55,346 nucleotides of DNA from NCBI GenBank assembly GCA_011109175.1, contig RDEW01000028.1, positions 214,450 through 269,795 of the forward strand. The letters are read 5' to 3'. Position numbers and translations under genes: made by a program. The stretch comes from Dicyema japonicum. Taxonomy: Eukaryota > Animalia > Dicyemida. This document shows, piece after piece, positions 34,621 through 46,249 of the stretch. The notes beneath the pieces were generated by a model that was given only the letters and a program-made list of their open reading frames with translations, was not told the origin of the DNA and ran no database searches. How positions within the stretch are numbered: the first letter of the stretch is position 1; every line of letters begins with the position of its first letter.

Positions 34621-34848
34621 TCCTCGGTATCGAGTCAAATCCGTAAATGGAACACATATGAGAATAGTTCTTTGGAAACCAATAAAAAGCAAAATGTGTA
34701 ATTTATAAAATAATAAATATTTATAATTAGAGGGCGAATTAAAATAAAGCAAGTTCCTAAGCAATCTAATTTTTGGAGGTTTTTATCGGCAACACCTATT
34801 TATAATTTTAATGACTGATTAAATAGAATGCATGCCATTGGAGTTCCT

Positions 34849-36518
34849 ATGCAATATGAAAGGTTCAGAAGTTCTGAGGACGACTACAAACGTCCCCCAC
34901 TTCCCACAGAAAGTGGAAACTACAGAATCAGACAAGCATACAATAGTCCGTACCTCTCAAAGGTTGTTATAGTACTCAGCCAAGGACTTTAAGCCTATGG
35001 TAAGGAGCAGTTCGTGTGCGGTGGAAAATCGTTACAACCTTAGAAAGCAGAACGATAGGCCTGTGGAGCCAGCGGGGGATAGTTACTATAAGCCATTTAT
35101 GAGTGGGCAAAGAAAAACACACTCAGCAGAAAGTATGCCACGTGAAAGTGAGCTAAAATACAATTTCGATACGAGACAAGATTATTCGAGACCAAATGAG
35201 GACTACAAGATCCCGAGGATTTCATCATACGACAATCTCTTCTCTCGCATAAGTAGTGATTCTCTTTATGCAAAGACGAGATCGAGAAACAGGTCAAAGA
35301 ACTAAAAGGACAAGAGTTCAATACCTACAACAAGAGACCTTCCTTTGAGGATCATTTTTCACGAACTAAATCCGACAATTACGGGACCAAATATGATGAC
35401 TTTAAGAAGTCAAGAGAACAGGAAGAGAGAAACAAAAAAGTTTTTGGCAAACTAACATTCTAGTTTGATGGGTTCATGCGAGATGAGAGCTATCGAAGGT
35501 TTGACGATGGAAAAGAACAGGAAATAGAGAGACTCAACAAAGTACTACGACAAGAAAAAGAGAAAAATCAACTTCTTTCATCAGAAAATGACCGATTGAA
35601 GCAAGATCTGACAAAGTGCGAGAATGAGCTATCAAAATTGAAGGAATCACAAAAAAAATCCGCCAAAAAAGTTTCCTTCAACAACACAGTGGTCGAGAAG
35701 TCATCCTCAAGTTGGAGAAATCAATTTGACGACCAAATCAAAGCTAAATATCAAAATCCTTACGAACCTAATGAAGAAATAAAATCCCCAAAATACGACT
35801 TTATGGATAAAAAGTACAAAAACGAGAATTATTCGACCTATAACGAGTTCTACAGGTCTCCAACTTATAATGGGGATTATAGGTCTCCAAAATACAGGGA
35901 ATATAACAGTTTCGAGACCTCTTTAAACTCTAAAAGTTTTGAAATCTCTAAATTACAGATTATAAAAGCAACTACGACTACGAGAAAATTGGGCGAAATA
36001 AAGAAAAAAGTCAAATAGACACCTCCAGTCAGTACAGCGGGGGGACAGACGCCATCCTCCAAAGTGCGGACAACATTTTGAAGGAAAATAACGGTAATCT
36101 TGGTTTTGAAGACAGATTTCTTTGCAAACATAAAGAATGAAGCATATTACAATCGATTTGGGTCACGTGGTTACGGAGAATCAGCTCCGAAGATTCCTCA
36201 ACCTAAGAAACGACTGATGACCCCCAGGACTTTATCAGATTTAAAATTGGGGGACATTGTAAAATTTGAACGCCAGGATGGGAAGTTTGCCTGTGGGACC
36301 GTAAGATATAAGGGACCGATAGAAAACAAGGGTGGGAGTTTTGTAGGGATCGAATTAGACCAGCCAAGTCTGATTAACATATATTTTAGACGGAAAGAAT
36401 GACGGATCGTTGGACAACAAGAGATACTTTTACTGGTAATCGAATTTAAATATTAAGCCCATCAAATCACGGACTTTTCATTCAATTTGAGAAGATTCTA
36501 GTCTGTTGGACTGATTAA
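34849..36518 (+). CDS. C-terminal CAP-Gly domain protein with coiled coil; about 8 exons (start approximate)
   Basis: GTVRYKG..FVGIELDQP|NGKNDGSLDNKRYFYC|PSNHGLF; introns 35253-35275, 35440-35463, 35936-35958, 36094-36115, 36368-36389 and 36436-36457 (22-24 nt); TAA at 36516-36518. Confidence 0.88.
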
Positions 36519-36674
36519 TTAGGATTAAAATTACTTCTAACAACTATAACCCATTATTTAGTATAATTTTGAGTTTTATTGTTTCTATGCACTTATTGTC
36601 ACATCCAATTAATTCACATGTAAATGTATATATCGATAAATCATTAATATTTTGGCTATCCCATCACGCGAGCA

Positions 36675-36860
36675 GGAGAAGGACGACTCATTCGGATGTG
36701 AGAAAGGGGATCAGTTCGAAGTCGAGGAAGATGATTCCCTAGATTCTAATTAATAGGCATAACATTAGGAGAAGGACGACTCATTCGGATGTGAGAAAGG
36801 GGATCAGTTCGAAGTCGAGGAAGAAGATTCCCTAGATTCTAATTAATAGGCATAACATTA
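36675..36860. repeat. Two-copy ~93 nt tandem repeat
   Basis: aggagaaggacgactcattcgg...taggcataacatt occurs twice. Confidence 0.9.
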
Positions 36861-37049
36861 ATTGGTCTTAATAGTGAGGTTCAATGTGAGAATTCTATAA
36901 TACCGAAAAATAAGAGTTATCATTCTTAATGTTACCAACAGTAACAAATGTCAATTGGCAGTGAATGTGATGTCCTCTAATATTGTCAATTAACAATGTC
37001 ACTCGTTGTCATGAAAATACAAGTTTTTATAGGATGATCTTTTTACATC

Positions 37050-39424
37050 ATCTACAGCTCAGTCGGTCTTCTGAAATAACGATTCTTCAGAACGAAGGAA
37101 ACCGAAGAAATAATCAGCTTTTGAAAATCCATTTCTTCACTGTGTAATAGTTGGATGATTGTTAGTTGAGGAAGCCGACTGCGTGGATTGCCAACGAGTT
37201 CCGTCATTGGACCAACGGCTCCCGATGATTCGGTCTCAACATGAGTAAATCGGTAGCGGTCCCCAAGACTAAAATATTTCTTGATTTTTAGGTTTTCCGA
37301 GGTCGAAGCAGCTGCTCCAGGTATCTGAACCGATTTAAAAGATTCGTGCTTGAAAATGTGTCAACACAAGTTGCGTCCCAGACCAAAGATCTTCCGGGTG
37401 TGCAAGGGAAAAGGGTCATCCCGTCAGGTCTCTTTTTATCTTATCGATCGAGACCCACTAATTCAAGCTGTGATGGGAAGCCTGTAGCCTTCAGAGCTCT
37501 GAAGATGTGACGTGGTCCTTTTCCGGCGCTTCTTCTGCAGGACAGCGGGTGCAATCCCTTCGCATCGACTATTTTCCCGCATCGGCATCGGTTATCCTGG
37601 CAAACGTCTAGTCCTAACCTTTGTCCGATCCAGGCGTTGTGCGATTCCAATCCGAATACAGTCATCGTCCAATAGGGTCCCCAGAAAGGAACACTAAAGT
37701 GCATCCAGCCACGCTCAGATGGTTGGCCTCGGACTTTAGGACGTCGAAGATATTCTTGGAGTAAATATCATCCCAGTCACGTTGCCTCGAAGGATCGTTC
37801 GGCATATCCAAACCAGTATCACACCATTCGCAACGAGCTTCGTCGAAGACTTTTTCCCAAGAGAGTCCGGTTGTAATACGTAGGATTTCTTAGACCAAAA
37901 GGCTTCCACTTAAACGCGATGACACATATGTTGGATAGGCGATCTCCAGCGCCGACCTGAGACCCGTTCCTCCGAGGCGTGTAGGAAGCTTGCATTGGTT
38001 CCAACTCGGCTCATCAAAGTGGATGTTTAGAAGCAATTCAGCTGATTTTCTCAATGTCCTATCCAGTGACAGGAGAATGTCACGGGAGAACATCAGAAAA
38101 CCAGTGAAGAATTGGTTCCGTAAGCGAGTAAGACAAGTGGAATAAGTTCCGGGGCTCGTTTGCTTGTAGTTTCTAAAATTTGATCCCTCATCAATGAATT
38201 GAAGGCATTGCAAATGTCCAGCTTGACCCCAATGTGTGGGTTTTATTCGTCTTTCTGTCCAAAAAAACACCTCGCAGCATGCACTGCCGCCTCGCATCCT
38301 TTCCTTACACCAACCCCCAGTTGGAGGGGGGAAAATTCTTAGATATTCTCGGACAGACAATGCTGCATGCGATTTTCGTTGTCAGTTTTCTGAAATAGTT
38401 GCCGACTGCGATGGGGCGGACCCCACCTTCAGGTTTTTTGAAATGCCGCGTCGCCCTTCGGTGACGGTCATCCTTGACAAATTTCCCGGAAGCACGAATG
38501 GGCGGTAATTTCCGAAGCACATGGATGTTTATGTCTGAGTAGTTCTAGCACCTCAGATGTCGCAGCCATAACAGTTTCGTCGCTGGCGATGACGCGCAAC
38601 GCCGCTCGGACGTCGCCTTCGAATAGTTTGCGGTTCACTCTCTCTTTAAGTTTTTCCGGGCCATTCAAATAAACCGGAGGATTGGAATCAGAATGTCTTG
38701 ATTTCTTGACTTCCGTCTTGGTGAAAGAAAGCACATAGAAAACCTTCTTCATTTTTGAAGAAAGGGAGTTACCAAGTGTCGTGCTTTCCTCTGTATTCCT
38801 TTGATCTCCTTTTGAGTCGATAAATGGAATTCCAAGGGCCATCGGAGCAAAACTGAGGAGTTTTAGCCAGGCCTCCAGGTCGTTGGACGTGATTGCATCG
38901 TCACTTGCAGAGGTCAGGCATGTAGCCGCGAAGATCCGGACGGGTCTTGGGATCCTGATTGGGATTTTCCTGGCTTTCCTTAGATCCAAAAAGAAGAGCA
39001 AGAGGTTGTTCATATTATTGAAGTCTAGAGGATCGTTTGGTTCAAAGTGTTTGTTTGGAATGATCCTCTGTGTTTTTCAACCAGTTCCCATGCAGACACT
39101 GCAGTTCCACAGGCAGAGCGAGCACGCAGCCCGCTGAGACATCTTTATGCATCCAAGGTGGAAAAAGTCACGGCAAGACGAGCAGAAAAGTCCATATTTG
39201 CGTGCATTGGTAAAACCGCATGTAGAACATGTAGTGTCCAGTCTCTTGGGTGTAATGTGTGTTGCTCCATTGTATGAACGACGCTCCATGATAATACAAT
39301 TACTCACAACAAGACCACACGTGATATTTTTTTTCAATTCATTGTTTTTAATAAACAATAAAAGATTTAGATAATTAATCCTTTGCAGACAGGATTGCGC
39401 ATGCGTTTCTTTGTAATATGGCAA
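37050..39424 (-). mobile_element. CRE-like RLE retrotransposon with N-terminal PHD finger (internally deleted, degraded)
   Basis: C4HC3 at 39090-39250; IPIRIPRPVR..WLKLLSFAP; EGGVRPIAVG; CRCGKIVDAKGLHPLSCRRSAGKGPRH; GAAASTSENLKIKKY. Confidence 0.88.
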
Positions 39425-39499
39425 TGCAGATTCGTTGTCTTAGTCAGATAGAGAAGGTATCCACACTGGTTACATTCCAGACCAATAATTTTCCGTATA

Positions 39500-42240
39500 T
39501 GTTATGTTATCCAAATTAAGTCGTGTCCGACCCTTGGAGATCTCATGAGCCAATTTTCTCCACTCTCCCCGATCCGTAGCAATTTGGAGTAGCCTTGATA
39601 TAGCCATTCCTGTGACGTCTTCTACCGTGGATAGCTACCGAGTCCTCGGTCGACTAGGTCTTCTCTTCCCAGTAATATTACTCAGCATAATAGTTTTTTC
39701 TATGAAATCAGAGCGGACGATATGCCCAAAGAACGCCAATCTATGTTTTACGATTTTTCCTTCTAGCAAAATGTCCGTCTCCATCCGTTTGAGTACATCG
39801 ATGTTTGTTATTTTAGAAGTCCAAGGGATTCTTAGTAAACTCCTCCAGCACCAAAGTTCAAAAGCATCAATTTTTCGTCCATCTGCTTTTTTTCAGTATT
39901 CATGATTCTGCGCCGTATAGAAAATCCGGGAACATGATTGCATTAACCAGTCTGCATTTGGTCCTTAAGAAAATATCTTTGCTTTTCCAAATTCTATTCA
40001 TTCTCCCACGGCGATTCGCCTCTTTATTTCCAAACCTCCGTCACCATTCTGATTTATTAGACATCCCAGAAAGACAGCATTATCGCAACTCTCAGTTTTT
40101 CTTATTCCCAATTTTTAGTTCCATTATTAGCAGTCGTCATAATTTTGATCTTCTTGACATTTAGCAATAAACCAAAGACGGCATTCTCTTTTCTGAATTT
40201 TAGAATCAACTCCCTGAGGCCATCCTCTGTTTCAGCCAGAAAGGTTGCATCGTCGGTATAACGCAAATTATTGATGTTCTTGCCTCCAATTTTAATCCCG
40301 TTATTTGTTAATGTATCCAATTTAGTCATGATCATTTCGGCATAGATATTGAATAGGAGATAATAAGCATCCTTGTCTTACTCCTTTACCAATTTTGAAC
40401 CAATCGGTATCTCCATACACTGTTCTAACAGTAGCTTCTTGATCCTTATAAAGAGATTTGATAAGCAATATCAGATGGGCATCGAATCCAAATTCTTTTA
40501 AAGCGGACCACAGCTTGTCATGTATAACNTGCCTCCAATTTTAATCCCGTTATTTGTTAATGTATCCAATTTAGTCATGATCATTTCGGCATAAATATTG
40601 AATAGGAGATAATAAGCATCCTTGTCTTACTCCTTTACCAATTTTGAACCAATCGGTATCTCCATACACTGTTCTAACAGCAGCTTCTTGATTCTTATAA
40701 AGAGATTTTATAAGCAATATCAGATGGGCATCGAATCCAAATTCTTTTAAAGCGGACCACAGCTTGTCATGTATAACAAAATCAAAAGCTCTCCCATAGT
40801 CAATGAAGCACATGTATACATTCTTATGGGATTCATAGGCTTTCTCCATAATCCACCGGACATTTGCTATATGGTCACGTGTGCCTCGTTCCTTCCTGAA
40901 TCTTGCTTGGACATCCGGTAGAATCATTTCGGCATTAGACAATGTTGTATTATCTATATAAGTATTTTGCTAACGTGGGGAATTAAGGCTATTGTACGAT
41001 AGTTTGAACAGTCCTTCCTATCCCCTTTTTTCGGTATTGGAATAAATATAGATCTTTTCCACGCGCGTGACCAAATACCAATTTCCCAATTTTTTTTGAA
41101 ATAGACTGATGATAGCTGTCACCGGTAGCCTCCAGCAATTAGCCTCCAGCAATTCGCTTCAAATACCAATTTCCCAATTTTTTTTGAAATAGACTGATGA
41201 TAGCTGTCACCGGTAGCCTCCAGCAATTAGCCTCCAGCAATTCGCTTGAGATGTTGTCAATCCCCGGTGCCTTGTTCTCCGTTAATTGCAATATAGCCCA
41301 AACGCATTCCTCCTCAATGATTTAATGCTGCTCACTCAACGTTACTTCATCAACATATGTGGGTGGGCACACAGTTTCTAAGTATAGTCGTTCCGTATAT
41401 TCTCTCCAACGATTTCGGATGTTCTGGTGGCTTAGCAATTCTACACCATCTTTGTCCTTGACTTTGCCCATCATTTTCATAAAGGGGCTCGTAATCTTTT
41501 TAGTTGTAAATACTCATTCCTCTTATAGTCATCTTCCAATCTTTAATCTCCAGTAGTCTTCTTTATCCTTCCTGGCTGTCTATTTGAAATCAGCCTTTTT
41601 AAATTCTCGTCTCGTCTATATTCACAGAGACTTTAGCAGCTTTACGAACCTCAGCAATGTTTAGGGTGTTGACAGAGAGCCACTCAGAGCAGTTAGCCGG
41701 CGTTTTGTATTTGACATGTTTTATTGGATCGTTCCTGATAACCAAGTGCATATCATTCCATAATTCATCAGGCATCCTTCCGTTCAAATCCAGTAATCCA
41801 ATATTGTGCTTAACTTCCATTGCGTATTCTGGTGGTATGTTTGAGACATCGAATTTCTTTACTCGGGGAGTATTCCGAGTGTTACTGAATTTCGTCCTAA
41901 TTTTTGCAACAAGTACCTGAGGGTCTGTTCCACAGTCTGTTTTTGGATATGTTTTGACAGCTGTTATTGAGCTTTCCACAAAATATAATCAATCTGGTTC
42001 CTAGACATTCCATTTGGCGACGTCCAAGTGTATAATCGTCGTTTGTGCTGTTTGAACCATGTGTTAGTTATCTGAAATCCATTTTCCTGACAGAATTGGA
42101 CCAGTCGATCACCAACATCATTTCTTATTCCCAAACCAAAACTTCCCACAATATCCGTATGTGGCATACACCCAACTTTTGAATTGAAATCCCCCATTAT
42201 GTAGATTATGTCCTTTTTGGACATTAGTTTTAAAATTCTG
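39500..42240 (-). mobile_element. RTE-BovB-like LINE (5'-truncated APE, RT, 3' end)
   Basis: GDFNSKVG, RNQIDYIL, GVRQGCLLSP and NNLRYTDD motifs; 3' end aagggtcggacacgactt followed by (ATAAC)n. Confidence 0.92.
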
Positions 42241-42799
42241 AGTAACCAAAAACGGCATATTTGCGAGGGTGACTGTATTATAAATTTTGATAATTAATCA
42301 ATTAAATAATTTATTTAACTTTAGAAAATCCGTCTATTACGATAAACTTAAGAAAATTTAAAGAAGTAATAGTTTTGACCTAAGGGGAACCATTTTTAGA
42401 ATTTGATAAGAGCTTGTCTTAAATATAACTACTACTATATATAAAAAACAATTCTAAGTGCTTCCAGAGTTTTAACGTCAAGTCCAAACTAAAAAAAACT
42501 ACGAGAATAATCTGGCCGATTTTGGAATGAGATTCACTGGGTATTTCCCAAAGCTGCAAACGCTTCTTAAAAAGATATTGGGAAAAAAGTTTTTTTTATT
42601 AATTTAAAATTAAGATCATGTATAAATTATTCATCTTTAATTATTTTTTTGATGCATTTCATATGTGTTTTTGTAATGATCATGGAAGGTTGGGAAAACT
42701 AATAGGTACGGCTCCAGGCCTCATGAACATGGACGACATCCTGGTATGGAGAGAATTTAAAAAGTGAGTGTAGAATCCTTTTGACAAGGGTGTTACAGG

Positions 42800-43480
42800 C
42801 CATTAGCTACGAGAGATTTAGGAGAGAAATGTCTATAGAGCTGTGATTCCAAGCTTTCCGAGTCTGATTGCCAGTTTGGCCTGCTTTCGTGAATATTCCT
42901 CAAGCCAGAAGTTGGAGATACGCTCCGATGTCGAACGGAAGATCCCGTCAAAATGTGCGATTTTGTCGAATTTTCGCTCGTTGTATTGTCGTGCATTTAA
43001 AATTACCATTAACGTCATGTCCATTCCATACATTATTCCACTCCAACTACTTCCTTTATGTTTTTAGTCCAACACTTATCTTAAGACATCATCTTAGATA
43101 GTGATCTTGTGATTGTCTGATTGAAGCGTTCGATAATCCCTTGACTCCTTGGATTGATAGGCCTACTATGAATTTGTTAGACGTTGAAGCAGTCACATAA
43201 TGCTCCTACATGGAATATCACATTCTGACACCACTTTCCGAATAATTTCTCTTTTCACGAAAAAATATCTTTCATTGCAATATTGTTCCAATGTGTTGCG
43301 TCCACAATGAGTCAATTGATGAATTTTCGAAGCCGCTAATTATAGAGAATATGACAATTTTGTTGTTTTCATTTGTGTCTTTAGGGTATAACCTCCCATT
43401 GATAAATTAAAAAATCTTTGACATTTGAGTTAATCGGTATTTTTTGTCTTGTCATTAGATCGACGATTCCCTTCTCTTCC
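42800..43480 (-). mobile_element. Ginger/GIN-like (KRBA2-like) DDE integrase remnant
   Basis: KIHQLTHCGRNTL..REIIRKVVSEC (H2C2-like) and RPINPRSQGIIERFNQTI; the core is deleted. Confidence 0.65.
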
Positions 43481-43795
43481 ATTATTTTCATTATATCAAT
43501 TTATTCCTGGTTGTTTTAACGAAACACCGAGCCATCGCTTAACTTTATAAAACATGCCTGTATTATGCTATTTAAAATTTAAAAACTGTTGCGCCTTCCA
43601 AAAATATTTAAATTAGAATTTTTTTAATTTTAAATATAATAAATGAGAAAAACATGTGTAAAATTTTATAAAAATGCTTGAAATTGTAAATTTGAGCATT
43701 ATGTAACGCGTAGCACCTGTGACTTGTTAAAATAAATAAAAACTGTGAACTAAAAATAATCGTATATATTGGCAACATGGCCGAGTGGTCATTTT

Positions 43796-43931
43796 ATGTT
43801 GTTAGCGTCGTGTCATGTGGCTCACCAGAAATGGTGTCACTCATTCCAAAAAGGAACGAAAAGAGCCAACAGCTTCTCCCCACCGTCCGGTGGTCCTTTC
43901 AACTCCTGTATCTTCGACCCTATCTGGTGTC
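43796..43931 (+). mobile_element. LINE-A 5' end
   Basis: Homologous to 50440-50576; ends at the n at 43932. Confidence 0.85.
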
Positions 43932-43932
43932 N

Positions 43933-44900
43933 TATCGCCTTTATTGTCGATTCATAGCAGTTTTACTGTTTCTTGCTTTTTTGCCTTAGCTTACACTCTT
44001 AGCTGGTTTTTGAATTTGTTACTGTGCTTGGTTATTTGTGACGTTCACTAACTGAAGCTTGCCTGCATCCTCTTTTATGGCGATTGTTATTGGTTTGCAT
44101 GAATAGGCAGTTGTTATAATCCCCGTAGACATTATAGCATTCATACTTCATCTGTCTCCGGACAGTGGGCATTCCGGCGGATGGTGGGTGGGTCCACTTA
44201 AAAATGGTGTTTACTATCGCCGTTTAATAGGGTCACTGCGCCGTGCCGCCATATACTTTATGCACGTTTTGGGGAGACTTAGTCATGTAGTGCTTATTCT
44301 AACTGTTATATTGAATGCCTAGGGGATTTGGTCATTTGCCTTTCATTGGTTTTTATTGCTGTGATTGCCGATATGTGTTTAGTTATTGGTTGTTGGCGGT
44401 TATTAGCTTTTTTGATTTATGATGTGGTAGGTTGCCTTCTGATGCCGAGATTTCCCGATTTTCGTAACAGAAAAGGCGAGCGAGTGAGAAAGATTTGTGG
44501 AAGTGAAATTTTACTGCGAAAGAGGCCAAACCTTTTAATGGAAGTTTGGGGATTGTTTAAGAGGGTTTGTGAGTTTGTTAACCCTCAGGTGGCCCAATAT
44601 CTGTTTGATGCTCATTACTACCAAAGACTGGCCAAATTCGCATGTTTTGGATCTCTGATCCCATCCATGGCTCAAACTCCATCTATTCGCTATGTAGGAC
44701 AATTATATAATTTACAGAATTTAATGTACATGGCATCACTGGCTTATGCGATGGCTGAGGACTTCTCTAAGGCTTTCACTTTCCTCCGACTGCTATTATT
44801 TTCAGTTGTTTCAGCGAACTTATTTTGCTAGTTTCCTAACCACGTGTTTGTGTGGAACTACTTCTGCCGCATTTTTTTGCCTCATCATACTTGAATTGAT
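43933..44900 (+). pseudogene. Pecanex-like (PCNX4-like) multi-pass membrane protein fragment
   Basis: FILHLSPDS, RLSH|GDLVICLSL and TFLRLLLFSV are collinear with the pecanex TM region as recalled; introns of 21-36 nt; frame breaks near 44830. Confidence 0.4.
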
Positions 44901-45957
44901 TGAAATAATTTGACTCCCACAGAAACCCAATGGAAGATATTCGAAAAGACGTATCACAATATTGGTCTCACACTATTGAGGACTAGCTCAAATAAAATCT
45001 TAATGCAACGATAAACGTTTGCATTCAGTCAAGTGGCTTATCATAAGATTTTGGGAGTTTAATAATTCGTTTATTATTGAAGAATAACAGATCGTAAAAA
45101 TTATTGATACAAATAACAGTATAAAAGTAAATGGTTAAAAATTCCACATTATGAACACAATTTCGTAGGTTTAAAAGAAATTTTACTATAAATTCTTAAT
45201 CCACATTTAGGAGAGACTACATCATCCGATAAGCTATGAAAAACATCATTGACTATTTTTTCTCTCACAAACAGAGTTAGATTATTGTTAAACCCCGAAA
45301 AAAGAAGATGTAAGTTTTGTCATCGGACTTAGTAATTTTCTCAATAAATTTAAAAATTTCAAAATATTAAACCAATAGCTAAAACTAACAGATACTCTAA
45401 CTTTCGCTCTGAACTCATTGTCCTCAGACTAAGTCTTGTCACAACAGAATTCGTCCTATCTTCTCAGATGACTTGAAATTGCCGTAACCTGAATTTCACG
45501 TATGAACTTTAATTCAAACATGTTGAGATTTTCGACTAGTGAATATAAACTGGATAATTTTCCGTACGGAGAGTGAGTGTTAGTTTGTAGTAATATATTA
45601 CTAAGTAATTATTTTCAAATACAATTAATTCAATTATATTAATTTTTAACAATCCGAAAAACCCTTATTCAATTTAAAATTTGTCTATCAAAAACTAACC
45701 TTTGGTAACTTCTGATGATATCTGATCTGACAGTCGAGGGTTCTATCGAAATGATGGACTTTCTGGCACGAGATAGTAGTTGAAACTGATCTTTCTACCT
45801 TTTCCCTGACCAAATCCACTAATGAAGATTACATTATGAAAACTCTTCCGTCGAAGAATTAAGTGATTTCCGCGGCGGTAGGACAAGTGTTGAAACTCGT
45901 CTAACCCAGAGGCATCATCGATGAGTAGAATTTTCATCCGGAAAGGACAGCAACAAA

Positions 45958-46023
45958 ATTAGAATCAAAAACCTTCTAAACTTTAACACTACGAATTTAG
46001 AATCAAAAACCTTCTAAACTTTA
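45958..46023. repeat. Short direct repeat (2 x ~28 nt)
   Basis: tagaatcaaaaaccttctaaactttaac occurs twice. Confidence 0.85.
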
Positions 46024-46249
46024 ACTCCTTCTTATCAGTGATTAATTAAATTCAAATATATAATCATTCAAAAAGAATAAAAGAAACTTATAAATATGTG
46101 ATGAATTATTTTATTAAAATTTTATAGTTAAAAAATAAATTTTATTTAAAAATATAAAAGTCTTTGTTTAATGATTTCTTTACACACCAAATTTATAAAA
46201 ATTCCAATAAAAAGAATCATATTTGTCAGAATATATCAGTCACTGAAGT

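Noticed and set aside
36675-36860. CRISPR-like repeats (also 45958-46023 and 52666-52745)
   Set aside because: Only 2-3 units, no unique spacers, no cas genes, and a eukaryotic context
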